Part shown: positions 9,615 through 18,692 of the stretch, piece by piece | Layout of the letters: each line of letters opens with the position of its first letter | Position numbering within the stretch: position 1 is the stretch's first letter | Notes under the pieces: generated by a model | Told to the model about the DNA's origin: nothing | The model's database searches: none | The model's input: the letters and a program-made list of their open reading frames with translations, nothing else | DNA from: an uncultured Alphaproteobacteria bacterium | Lineage (GTDB): Bacteria > Pseudomonadota > Alphaproteobacteria > RF32 > CAG-239 | Reading direction: 5' to 3' | NCBI GenBank assembly: GCA_944391485.1 | Contig: CALXTQ010000009.1 | Span: 1,319 to 65,318 of the forward strand | DNA: 64,000 nucleotides | Position numbers and translations under genes: made by a program

Positions 9615-9636
9615 TATTGCAAAATTATTGCAAAAA
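9615..9636. promoter_or_regulatory. tandem direct repeat TTATTGCAAAA x2 in the hydrogenase upstream region; candidate operator
   Basis: ttattgcaaaa ttattgcaaaaaaa, about 200 bp upstream of hydC. TTGCAA is self-complementary, so there are two palindromic half-sites spaced 11 bp apart. Confidence 0.25.
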
Positions 9637-9834
9637 AACGCGACAATTTCCCGGGTTTGGCGTCTGAGGAGCGTGACGAATATCCGGTAGAAGCGTAAAA
9701 CCGTCAGTATTTTGTGCTTGAATAAGATTTTATTTACGAATATCCTGTTAACATAGTTTCATCATCCGAAACCGGAGTTGAACAGGCTTGCCCGCAAGCC
9801 GGACTTTGCATAATGAAAAAGGAAAGGTAGAAAT

Positions 9835-10314
9835 ATGACCGAAGCTTCTGTTGCCTCTCAGGCCGCCGCAAAATGGCGCAAGAAAAGAGGTTCGCTGATA
9901 ATGGCCCTGCATGAAATCCAAAGTGTCAAAGGTTATGTGCCCTGGGAAGACGCCGTTGAAATTGCCAACGGCATGGGAGTGCCCCTGGCAAGGATTTATG
10001 AGGTCCTCACTTTTTATAACTTCTTCAAATTAGAAGCTCCAGGCAAAGCGGTTATCTCAGTATGTACGGGTACCGCTTGTTATTTAAAGGGCAATGACAA
10101 GGTTTTGGAAGAATTTAAGAAAGAGCTGGGAATCAACGAGGGAGAGAGTACGGAAGACCGCATGTTTCACCTGCAGGTCGTCCGCTGCGTCGGATGCTGC
10201 GGACTGGCACCCGTCTGCGTTGTCAACGGCAAGACATACGGCCGCGTTACGCCGGGCGATGTCCGGAATATTTTGAACGAATGGCGCAACAAGCTGGCTG
10301 ACGACAAGGAGTAG
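9835..10314 (+). CDS. hydC: [FeFe]-hydrogenase small diaphorase subunit, NuoE-like thioredoxin-fold [2Fe-2S] protein (HydC)
   Basis: 159 aa. Four Cys of the NuoE-type cluster: CTGTAC...VVRCVGCCGLAPVCVV. Confidence 0.8.
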   Translation: MTEASVASQAAAKWRKKRGSLIMALHEIQSVKGYVPWEDAVEIANGMGVPLARIYEVLTFYNFFKLEAPGKAVISVCTGTACYLKGNDKVLEEFKKELGINEGESTEDRMFHLQVVRCVGCCGLAPVCVVNGKTYGRVTPGDVRNILNEWRNKLADDKE

Positions 10315-10318
10315 GACG

Positions 10319-12001
10319 ATGGCTGAAATGGATTTGGACAAGAGATTTGACATTCATGAAATCGCTAAAAACAAAAAAGCGGATTTAGAGCGTTATCAGT
10401 GCAATATTTACTGCTGTCATTCAACGGGATGCAAATCATCGGGCAGCGATGACATTATTTCGGTTTTGGAACAGGCCGTTGAGGAATACGGCCTGCAGGG
10501 ACAGGTTCGCATTGTTGCCGCCGGCTGTATGGGACTTTGCGCGCAAGGGCCGTTGATGAGAGTGGAAATCAAAGGCCAGAAAGATGTTTTGTACAAACGT
10601 CTGGAACCGCTGGTTGCCCGTCTGGTTATGGCCGAGCATGTGGTGCCGGCCCTCAAGTTGCAGGAAGGCGAAGAATTTGAGCTGCCGGAGTTTTTGGCTA
10701 GCCATGTTCTGTCTCTGGATCTACCGTTTTTCACCAAACAGGAAAAAGTTGTGCTGAAGCTGGCCGGACATATGGATCCGGAAGATATTCACGAATATAT
10801 TGCCAACGGCGGCTACCTGGCTTTGGAAAAGGTTTTGAAAACCATGACCCCGGAACAGGTCGTGCAGGAAATTAAGAAATCGGGACTGCGGGGGCGCGGC
10901 GGCGGCGGTTTTTCAACCGGCATGAAATGGGAGCTGGCGGCCAAGGTTCCGACAGTGGATGAAAAGTTTATCATCTGTAACGGCGACGAGGGGGATCCGG
11001 GTGCCTACATGGATCGCAGTATTCTGGAGGCAAATCCGCACGCGGTTATTGAGGGCATGATGATTGCCGCTTATGCCATTGGCGCAACGGATGGCTGGTT
11101 TTATGTCCGCGCTGAATATCCGCTGGCGGTGGAAAGACTGGAAAAAGCGATTAAGGCCTGCAAGAAAAACAGACTTCTCGGCAATAATATCATGGGGACG
11201 GACTTTTGTTTTAACATTGATGTTCGTCTCGGTGCCGGCGCTTTTGTCTGCGGCGAGGAGACCGCTTTGATCCATTCCATCGAGGGCAAACGCGGCACGC
11301 CGCGGCCGCGGCCGCCGTATCCGACGGACAAAGGACTGTGGGACAAACCGAGTTGCGTCAACAATGTTGAGACGCTGGGCAATGTCGCTTCCATTATTTT
11401 GAAAGGAGCCGACTGGTTCTCCTCTTTCGGAACGGAGACGTCAAAAGGAACGAAAGTTTTTGCTCTGACCGGTCAGGTCGAACATTCCGGTCTGATTGAG
11501 GTGCCGATGGGAACGACAATTAACGAAATTGTCAATGAAATCGGCGGCGGCGTTCCTAACGGCAAGCATTTGAAAGCCGTGCAGACCGGCGGGCCATCGG
11601 GAGGCGTCATTCCTTCCGAATATCTGGATCTGCCCGTTTGTTATGAGGAACTGAAAAAAGTCGGATCGATTATGGGATCGGGCGGTATGATCGTTATTGA
11701 CGATACGTCGGATATGGTCAGTCTGGCCAATTTTTATCTTGATTTTACGGTAGATGAATCCTGTGGAAAATGCGCTCCCTGCCGTATCGGCGGCAAACAG
11801 ATGCTGCTGCTTCTGGAAAAAATAAACAAGGGCAAGGGAACCAAACAGGATATCGAGGATCTGCGCAGCATTGCTCACGCCATGCAGAAAGCGTCGCTGT
11901 GCGGCCTGGGACAAACGGCTCCGAATCCGGTGCTTTCAACACTGAAGTTTTTTGAGAATGAATATTTGGCTAAAGTTGAGCCGAACGAAAAAGCAAAATA
12001 G
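10319..12001 (+). CDS. hydB: [FeFe]-hydrogenase flavoprotein subunit, NuoF-like NADH-binding (HydB) with an extra N-terminal [2Fe-2S] domain
   Basis: 560 aa. N-terminal Cys cluster (CCHSTGC...GCMGLCAQGP). FMN/NADH motifs GLRGRGGGGFSTGMKWE and ICNGDEGDPGAYMDR. C-terminal 4Fe-4S ESCGKCAPCRIGG. Confidence 0.85.
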   Translation: MAEMDLDKRFDIHEIAKNKKADLERYQCNIYCCHSTGCKSSGSDDIISVLEQAVEEYGLQGQVRIVAAGCMGLCAQGPLMRVEIKGQKDVLYKRLEPLVARLVMAEHVVPALKLQEGEEFELPEFLASHVLSLDLPFFTKQEKVVLKLAGHMDPEDIHEYIANGGYLALEKVLKTMTPEQVVQEIKKSGLRGRGGGGFSTGMKWELAAKVPTVDEKFIICNGDEGDPGAYMDRSILEANPHAVIEGMMIAAYAIGATDGWFYVRAEYPLAVERLEKAIKACKKNRLLGNNIMGTDFCFNIDVRLGAGAFVCGEETALIHSIEGKRGTPRPRPPYPTDKGLWDKPSCVNNVETLGNVASIILKGADWFSSFGTETSKGTKVFALTGQVEHSGLIEVPMGTTINEIVNEIGGGVPNGKHLKAVQTGGPSGGVIPSEYLDLPVCYEELKKVGSIMGSGGMIVIDDTSDMVSLANFYLDFTVDESCGKCAPCRIGGKQMLLLLEKINKGKGTKQDIEDLRSIAHAMQKASLCGLGQTAPNPVLSTLKFFENEYLAKVEPNEKAK

Positions 12002-12012
12002 AGGAGATTACA

Positions 12013-13782
12013 ATGGTGAAATTAAAGATTGATAATTATGATGTCGATGTCCCTGCCGGCACCTCTATTTTGGATGCGGCAAGAACGGTGCAGATTGAGA
12101 TTCCGACTTTGTGCAAACATCCGGATGTTGACGCGACCGCCGGCTGCGGATTGTGCATCTGCCGGGTTAACGGCCGCATTATGCGTTCCTGCTGCACACC
12201 GGTCAGCGAAGGAATGGAGGTTATTACCTCAGATCCGGAAATCGTTGATGTCAGAAGGACGGTGCTGAAGCTTATTTTAAGCAACCACCCGAACGAATGT
12301 CTGACCTGTATTCGTTCCGGACACTGCGAACTGCAGGATATGGCCAATAATTTCGGCATCAAAAATTCGCGCCTGCCGAGTCTGAACAAAAAATACGAAA
12401 TTGATGATTCCACAAAAGCAATTGTGCTGGACGCGTCAAAATGCATTGTCTGCGGCCGGTGCGTTGAAGTGTGCCAGAATCAGCAGAATGTCTGGGCGCT
12501 GAGTTATCTGAACCGCGGTCTGGCAACCAGAATTACGGCGGCCGGCGGCATTAATCTGGCGGACAGTCCGTGTATTAAATGCGGCCAATGTTCGGCGCAC
12601 TGCCCGACGGGAGCGATTGTCGAGTATGACGAAACGCAAAAGGTCTGGGATATGCTGAACGACAAGGATTTATACACCGTTGTTCAGATTGCTCCGGCTG
12701 TCCGCGTGGCAATTGGCGAGGAGTTTGGCTTTGACTTCGGCGAGAACCTAACCGGCAAAACGTATGCCGCCTTGCGCCGCCTTGGGTTTAAAAAGGTTTT
12801 TGATACGAATTTCGGCGCCGATCTGACAATTATTGAGGAAGCAACGGAGTTTGTTGAGCGCTTTAAAATGAATCCGGGCAGTCTGCCGATGTTTACGTCC
12901 TGTTGTCCGGCCTGGGTCGATCTGCTGGAGAAATATCATCATGACATGATTCCGCAGTTTTCTACCTGCAAATCGCCGCAATCGATGGTGGGAGCCGTTG
13001 CCAAAACTTATTTTGCCGAGAAAATGGGACTGGATCCGGCAAAAGTCCGCGTGATTTCGGTTATGCCCTGCACGGCGAAAAAGTGGGAAATTGTTCGCAG
13101 CGAAGATATGCGCAGTTCCGGTTTTCAGGATGTGGATGTGTCAATCACAACCCGTGAGTTGACGCGGATGATCAAGCAGGCGGGCATTAATTTCCGTCAG
13201 CTTAAGGATGAAGATGCCGACAGCCCATTGGGCGAGTATTCCGGGGCGGCGACGATTTTCGGCACGACTGGCGGCGTTATGACGGCAGCGCTGCGTACGG
13301 CGTATTTTTATATTACCGGCGAAGAGCTCGGTCAGCTTGATTTTAAGGAAATAGACGGTCTTGAAGGCATCAAAGAGGCCGAGGTTGATATTAAAGGCAC
13401 CAAAGTCCGCGTAGCAGTTGCCCATGGCATCGGCAATGTGGAAAAAGTGCTTGACCGCGTGCGCGAGGCGAAAGCCAACGGAGAGGAAACGCCGTATCAC
13501 TTTATTGAGGTCATGGCCTGCCGCGGCGGCTGTGTCGCCGGCGGCGGACAACCCCGGGTCATGATGCCGGATCAGCCTAAGCCGAGAGGGATTACGGACG
13601 ATATCCGCGTCAAACGCGCCAAAGGGTTGTTTGACGAAGACCTTAATGCCAAAAACCGCATGTCGCATCATAATGAATCCATCAAGGCTCTGTACGCCGA
13701 ATATCTGGGAAAACCGAATTCGGGCAAGGCGCATGAGCTGCTGCATACGCATTATGTGCCGCGCGGTTTGTATAATAAGTAA
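12013..13782 (+). CDS. hydA: [FeFe]-hydrogenase catalytic subunit HydA (group A3, bifurcating-type architecture)
   Basis: 589 aa. N-terminal plant-type 2Fe-2S (CKHPDVDATAGCGLCIC). His-ligated 4Fe-4S (HPNECLTCIRSGHC). Two ferredoxin-type CxxCxxCxxxCP motifs. H-cluster signatures L1 FTSCCPAWV, L2 MPCTAKKWE, L3 EVMACRGGCVAGGGQP. Confidence 0.9.
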   Translation: MVKLKIDNYDVDVPAGTSILDAARTVQIEIPTLCKHPDVDATAGCGLCICRVNGRIMRSCCTPVSEGMEVITSDPEIVDVRRTVLKLILSNHPNECLTCIRSGHCELQDMANNFGIKNSRLPSLNKKYEIDDSTKAIVLDASKCIVCGRCVEVCQNQQNVWALSYLNRGLATRITAAGGINLADSPCIKCGQCSAHCPTGAIVEYDETQKVWDMLNDKDLYTVVQIAPAVRVAIGEEFGFDFGENLTGKTYAALRRLGFKKVFDTNFGADLTIIEEATEFVERFKMNPGSLPMFTSCCPAWVDLLEKYHHDMIPQFSTCKSPQSMVGAVAKTYFAEKMGLDPAKVRVISVMPCTAKKWEIVRSEDMRSSGFQDVDVSITTRELTRMIKQAGINFRQLKDEDADSPLGEYSGAATIFGTTGGVMTAALRTAYFYITGEELGQLDFKEIDGLEGIKEAEVDIKGTKVRVAVAHGIGNVEKVLDRVREAKANGEETPYHFIEVMACRGGCVAGGGQPRVMMPDQPKPRGITDDIRVKRAKGLFDEDLNAKNRMSHHNESIKALYAEYLGKPNSGKAHELLHTHYVPRGLYNK

Positions 13783-13811
13783 AATCTGCGGAAAAATGCA
13801 GCGAGAAAGTA

Positions 13812-13838
13812 AGAAGCACCCTTCGGGGTGCTTTTGTG
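13812..13838 (+). terminator. Rho-independent terminator of the hyd operon
   Basis: AGCACCC-ttcg-GGGTGCT hairpin followed by TTTTGTGTG, 30 bp after the hydA stop. Confidence 0.6.
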
Positions 13839-13938
13839 TGTCCGGCGCAAAAGAGAATTTTGCCGCCGCGGAAATACTTTGGCGGAGTGTCGGTTCTCCG
13901 CGGCAGCGACAGAATTTTTTACAAACGGCGCTGTTTTT

Positions 13939-14139
13939 TTACCCTTTGTCGAAAAGTTTGTGATATCCGGGAAAACTGTTTACACAGTGCGTGTTGCTGC
14001 CGCGATACAATTCAATTGTATCCAGACTGCGTTTGGCGGCAATGCCTCCGACGGAATGGCGTTTTTGAATCTTTATGCCCAGGCAGGACGCCGTTAATCC
14101 CAGCCGTCCCTGTCTGACTATGAAAATTTTGTTGAACAT
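13939..14139 (-). CDS. small hypothetical protein (66 aa)
   Basis: ATG preceded by a strong SD (GAAGGAGAGACA ATG) and a 250-bp AT-rich promoter-like region (14140-14393). Convergent with hydA. Confidence 0.3.
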   Translation of the reverse strand: MFNKIFIVRQGRLGLTASCLGIKIQKRHSVGGIAAKRSLDTIELYRGSNTHCVNSFPGYHKLFDKG

Positions 14140-14393
14140 TGTCTCTCCTTCATTTGCTGAAAGGATTAAAAATAAACGGCAGTAAATATTGAAAAATAAA
14201 TTGGCGCCAGTTTTCTTCTGTCCATATAATCCTGGTATCTTTTTGGGAATATTTAATATAGCTGATTTTTACATAATATATTGTATTTACTGCCGAATTT
14301 AAAAACTAAAAAGAACTGTTGCTTTCTAATTTTAATGTAATTCTATTAAGCGTTGCATAAATTGTCAATGGATTATTTTTTGTTTTTTCCAGT

Positions 14394-14726
14394 TTAATCT
14401 TCCGGACGATGGTCTTCGGCTATTGGCTGCAAAGGTTCTGAACCGAGTTTTCTGGAGAGGAGAATGGCATCGACGATATCTATGCCTATGGCTTCAGCTA
14501 TCATTTGCAAAATATAAAAGGTCGGACGCTGCCTGCATTCTTCTATATATTTGACGGAGCTTTCGCTGATTCCGGTCAGTTTTGAAACTCTGTAACGCGA
14601 AATGTTCTTGGATTCCCTGACGAATCTAAGGGCTTCTACCAGCTTGTCGCTTATTTGTTGGGCTTCTCTTTTCTTCATACGTGTACTATAAGTTATCTTA
14701 ATGCTAAAAGTTACCTCTGATTTCAT
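14394..14726 (-). CDS. XRE-family helix-turn-helix transcriptional regulator (small)
   Basis: HTH_3-like segment ISRYRVSKLTGISESSVKYIE...ILQMIAEAIGIDIVD. The real start may be the internal MKKREAQQ. Confidence 0.55.
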   Translation of the reverse strand: MKSEVTFSIKITYSTRMKKREAQQISDKLVEALRFVRESKNISRYRVSKLTGISESSVKYIEECRQRPTFYILQMIAEAIGIDIVDAILLSRKLGSEPLQPIAEDHRPED

Positions 14727-14884
14727 AAGTATCGCATTTTGCTTTTTTATGACAGATTTTTGGAAAAGTTATCCAGTATTGTCTGTATGGTATAAAACGG
14801 CAATCGCGAGAGACAAAAAGGCGAGGCTGAATACGGAATTTGAGAAAAGGTTTTCCGTATTTGTTTTTCATACATACGGTTTTA

Positions 14885-14916
14885 TTCACAAAAAAAGCTC
14901 CGGAAACGGAGCTTTG
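14885..14916 (-). terminator. Rho-independent terminator downstream of grpE (minus strand)
   Basis: AGCTCCG-gaaa-CGGAGCT hairpin with an A6 run on the plus side, which is the T-run on the minus strand. Confidence 0.55.
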
Positions 14917-14931
14917 CGTTGAGGTTGCATT

Positions 14932-15531
14932 TTATTTGCCGCCTTTGGTTACAACGACCATCGCCTCACGGAGAATGCGGTCATTGATCATATAACCGGT
15001 CTGAAGCTCGGCAATAATGGTTCCCGCTGGTTTGGTGGAGTCCTCAACTTCCTGAACAACCTGATGGAAGTTGGGGTTGAACACGGTGTTCATGATTTCC
15101 ATTTTTTTGATGCCGTTTTTTTCAAAAACATGCATGAGTTCGTTTTCGGTCAGTTCAACGCCTTTTAAGAGGGTATCCAATCCGCTGCATTCGCCGCGTT
15201 TTTCCTCCGGGATTGATTCCAGAGCGCGATGCAGGTTGTCGGCAACGGTCAGCAGGTTTTTGGCAAAGGAAGATACGGCATATTTGTTATTTTTTTCAAT
15301 TTCCTGCGCACAGCGTTTCTTGATGTTTTCAGCATCGGCGTATGCCCGGAGAAAATCTTCCTTAAGTTCTTGGTTTTCAGCCTTTAGAGCCGCAACTTCA
15401 TCTTCAGCCGTGCTTTCTGCCTCCTCTTCTGCGACTTCTTCGTCGTTTTCGATGTCCTGCTCAAGTTCTTCATCATGTTCTTCGTTTCGGGCTTCCTGGT
15501 TTTCATGATGATTATTTTTATACTTTTTCAT
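14932..15531 (-). CDS. grpE: nucleotide exchange factor GrpE
   Basis: 199 aa. Acidic N-terminus, coiled coil (AALKAENQELKEDFLRAYADAEN) and GrpE C-terminal beta-domain. Confidence 0.85.
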   Translation of the reverse strand: MKKYKNNHHENQEARNEEHDEELEQDIENDEEVAEEEAESTAEDEVAALKAENQELKEDFLRAYADAENIKKRCAQEIEKNNKYAVSSFAKNLLTVADNLHRALESIPEEKRGECSGLDTLLKGVELTENELMHVFEKNGIKKMEIMNTVFNPNFHQVVQEVEDSTKPAGTIIAELQTGYMINDRILREAMVVVTKGGK

Positions 15532-15700
15532 TTTTTTCCTCTTTAAATATTTTATGAAGGCGTGTATATATTAAGAAACTTAGTAATTAAAGAGAAACAA
15601 GTCAAGAGCGGATATCTTTTTTGTGTCTTTTAATACTATTTTTGGCAAGTGATAACGTTATGACAAAACCAATTATTTTTGGATATTTGCGAGAATTGAA

Positions 15701-17740
15701 ATGACCCCTGTACCACTGAACTTTGAAAGTAAAATTTACGGCAAACCGCTTCCAAAAAATTTTAACAAAAAGAAATTTATTCTCTCTTATAACGTTGTTA
15801 CTAATCCCAATCTGCTGGAAATCCAGAATTTATCCCGAAAGCAATGCCTCGGCAAAACGCCTTGGCCAGAAATTGACAAGATTGACGCCTGGATGATTTC
15901 ATCCGAAACCGCCACGTTTATGAAGTGGGGCGGGCTCGGCATGATTGCTTCGGAGCTTCCGGAGGCGTTTAACGCCTGTTTTGGGAAAAAAGGCCATCGT
16001 CTGCAGGTCGTAACCCCCTTGTATACCGGCGATACAAAAAAGAAAAAGGCCGAGCTGAACGGCGATGTTTATACCGGCGCGGAGCATTATTCCGTCAAAC
16101 TGAAAAAGATAAAGGTCATCAATGTGCCGTTTTACGGAGACAGGTCGTCTCTGGTCAAGTACAAAGTAACGGTGTATACGGGGCGATGCGGCAATACAGA
16201 TTATATTTTTCTTGCCAACGATCGCTTTTTCTCCATCAATCCCCATAAGTTCAACCCTTCGGCTCAGGACGGATGCTATGTTCTGAACGAATTCGGAATT
16301 AACGAGGTTGAGCGGTTTGCTTTTTTCTCCAAGGCGGTGTATGAGCTGATCGAAAATATCTGCGACCGTCGGATTAAAGACATAAGCAAGCCTAACGTCC
16401 TGATTGCGAATGACTGGCATAGCGGCGCGCTGGCCGGTTTGACCAAATATCTGACGACGGCGAAAGTCGAAACCAGCGACATGAGTTCCGAACTGGCGGC
16501 GGAGATCAAGTCTATTCCGGTTGTGCATATTGCGCATCATCTTGGGTATCAGGGCTGGGATTATGAAAATACTTCCAAAATTCTCAATTCTCTGTATGAA
16601 GACGCGGCGATGCTGGTGTTTCGTAACGCCAAAGCCATAAAAAACTCCAATCCGCGCGCGACCAACACGTTGATTGTGCATGACTGCTATAATCAGGCTT
16701 CCTGCGATTTTCATCTGGCAGACAGGGTTGTAACCGTTTCCAAAAACTATATGGAAGAAGTTTCCAAGGAACTCGGCTTTGGCTTTGATTTTCGCGATAT
16801 TCTCAAAATCCGCAAAGACCACCGCAATTTCTTCGGGATTGTCAACGGATATGACAAGAAGCTGATTTCTCCGAACAAAAACAAAATTGACCATATCAAC
16901 GAGTTTTTCAAAGATTTTGACTTCAGGGTATATGACGAAAACAACATTGACGGCAAGCACCACAACAAGGAAGAGTTTATCAAACTGATCTCGCGTCTTG
17001 CCTCGGACCGAGAATATAAGAACAAAACCATTCCGCTGATTGACACATATAAGTTCGAAGATATTTCCAAGTCTGTCAAAAATCCCGCCAAAACGCCCAT
17101 CTTCTGCGCGACAAGCCGTCTGGTGGAGCAGAAAGGATATGATATCGCCGCGCAGGCCATGATTAATCTCTGCAAGAAATATACGAACTTCAAGCGCGAG
17201 CTGCCGATTTTTATTCTGGGGGGAGCCGGCGACGCCAATTATTTTGAGCTTCTGACCAAGCTGAAAGACAAAGTCGCGCAGATGAATCCGAAAGCGGCAC
17301 AGAGAATTTTCGTATTCCGGGGATATAAGGACGAGTTTGCCTATGCCGTTCAGCTGGCGTCGGATTTTTATATGATGCCCTGCCGGTTTGAACCCTGCGG
17401 TCTGACGCAGATGGAAGCAATGGCCAAAGGCGCCCTGCCGATTGCCATGTCTACCGGCGGTCTGGTCGATACGATTGAAGACGGGATCGACGGTTTCAGA
17501 ACGGAAGTTTTCTTTACCGAAAAGCGCCGCGTCTATGGCAGCAACCTGACGGCAAAACGCCTGAAAAACAATGTGAACGCTTATGCCGAAACGCTGCAGA
17601 AAGCTCTGGAGGCCTTTTATCTGCGTCCGGAGAAGATACGGCAGATGACGGTTAACGCCATGCACAAGGATTTCAGCTGGGATGTTCCCGAGGGGTCCGT
17701 TTATAAATATTTTAATCTTCTCAAAACCGGGCATTTATAG
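15701..17740 (+). CDS. GT5-family glycogen/starch-synthase-like glycosyltransferase, atypically long (679 aa) with large insertions
   Basis: N-terminal KWGGLGMIASELPEAF (the KxGGL motif of GlgA). C-terminal RFEPCGLTQMEAMAKGALPIAMSTGGLVDTI matches the GlgA/GT-B C-domain. About 200 extra residues relative to canonical GlgA. No glgB/C/P/X genes nearby. Confidence 0.75.
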   Translation: MTPVPLNFESKIYGKPLPKNFNKKKFILSYNVVTNPNLLEIQNLSRKQCLGKTPWPEIDKIDAWMISSETATFMKWGGLGMIASELPEAFNACFGKKGHRLQVVTPLYTGDTKKKKAELNGDVYTGAEHYSVKLKKIKVINVPFYGDRSSLVKYKVTVYTGRCGNTDYIFLANDRFFSINPHKFNPSAQDGCYVLNEFGINEVERFAFFSKAVYELIENICDRRIKDISKPNVLIANDWHSGALAGLTKYLTTAKVETSDMSSELAAEIKSIPVVHIAHHLGYQGWDYENTSKILNSLYEDAAMLVFRNAKAIKNSNPRATNTLIVHDCYNQASCDFHLADRVVTVSKNYMEEVSKELGFGFDFRDILKIRKDHRNFFGIVNGYDKKLISPNKNKIDHINEFFKDFDFRVYDENNIDGKHHNKEEFIKLISRLASDREYKNKTIPLIDTYKFEDISKSVKNPAKTPIFCATSRLVEQKGYDIAAQAMINLCKKYTNFKRELPIFILGGAGDANYFELLTKLKDKVAQMNPKAAQRIFVFRGYKDEFAYAVQLASDFYMMPCRFEPCGLTQMEAMAKGALPIAMSTGGLVDTIEDGIDGFRTEVFFTEKRRVYGSNLTAKRLKNNVNAYAETLQKALEAFYLRPEKIRQMTVNAMHKDFSWDVPEGSVYKYFNLLKTGHL

Positions 17741-17980
17741 CCGCTTATAACGGAAAAACCGTTTTGGGGTCTTCGTCGGGGAATCCGCGGCTTTGCGGCC
17801 GGGAAAAACCGCCCGCGGCCGCAAGGCTGGAATTTCTGCCCCGTTTTTTTATTGCGGCCGGCATTTGTTCGGAACTTCCTTTTTGTTTTGCGGGGCGGGA
17901 CAGGTTTAAATTATGCTTGCCTGACGGTATGATTTGGCGTATTGTCTTCTTATCGCCAAACAGTATGAAAAGAGAAGAAA

Positions 17981-18691
17981 ATGCGTCATTCCGAAAGACT
18001 TAAAGATGAAATCCGCCCGGTGGAAATTATCCCCGGTTTTAACCCTTATGCCGAAGGTTCCTGTCTGATCAGGTGCGGCAATACGCATGTGGTCTGCACG
18101 GCTTCCGTCGAGGAAAAGCTTCCGGCCTGGCTTAAAGGCCAAAACAAAGGCTGGATTACCGCCGAGTACGGTATGCTGCCCCGCGCGACTCAGGTGCGCG
18201 TGCCGCGGGAGGCCAAAAAACCGTCCGGCCGCACGCAGGAAATCCAAAGGCTGATCGGCCGCTCGCTGCGCGCGGTTGTTGACTTGGAGAAAATGAAGGA
18301 TTTGTCAATCTGCATTGACTGCGACGTTATCCAGGCTGACGGGGGAACCCGCACGGCGTCGATTACCGGCGGCTTTGTCGCCCTGTATCTGGCTGTTCGC
18401 AAACTGCTGATGGAAAAAAAGCTGAAAACAAACCCGATCAAAGAATATGTTGCGGCTATTTCCTGCGCCATTCATGAAGGCGAAAAGATCGTTGATGTGG
18501 ATTATGAGGAAGACTGCCACGCGCAGGCCGATATGAATTTTGTGCTGACAGAGAGCGGAAAAATTGTTGAAATTCAGGGGACGGCGGAAGGGAATCCTTT
18601 TGACGAATCCGAATTTAACGAAATGTTTGCTCTGGCCAAAGACGGAATTAAACAACTGATTGAAAAACAGAAACAAGCGTTGGGGTTTTAA
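17981..18691 (+). CDS. rph: ribonuclease PH
   Basis: 236 aa. RPVEIIPGFNPYAEGSCLIRCGNTHVVCTASVEE is a near-canonical RNase PH N-terminus. Confidence 0.85.
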   Translation: MRHSERLKDEIRPVEIIPGFNPYAEGSCLIRCGNTHVVCTASVEEKLPAWLKGQNKGWITAEYGMLPRATQVRVPREAKKPSGRTQEIQRLIGRSLRAVVDLEKMKDLSICIDCDVIQADGGTRTASITGGFVALYLAVRKLLMEKKLKTNPIKEYVAAISCAIHEGEKIVDVDYEEDCHAQADMNFVLTESGKIVEIQGTAEGNPFDESEFNEMFALAKDGIKQLIEKQKQALGF

Positions 18692-18692
18692 A

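Noticed and set aside
9615-9640. Sigma-54 promoter for the hydrogenase operon (TTGCA elements)
   Set aside because: A TTGCA -12-like element is present, but there is no GG -24 element at the required 10-11 bp spacing.
13828-14117. Plus-strand 89- and 93-aa ORFs downstream of hydA
   Set aside because: They overlap the hyd terminator and each other. Cys/Arg-rich low-complexity translations with no RBS. The minus-strand 66-aa ORF with a strong SD explains this region better.
15899-17734. 611-codon minus-strand ORF antisense to the glycogen-synthase-like gene
   Set aside because: No recognisable motifs and low-complexity, Arg/Gly/Phe-rich composition typical of shadow frames. It is fully nested in a plus-strand gene with strong family signatures.
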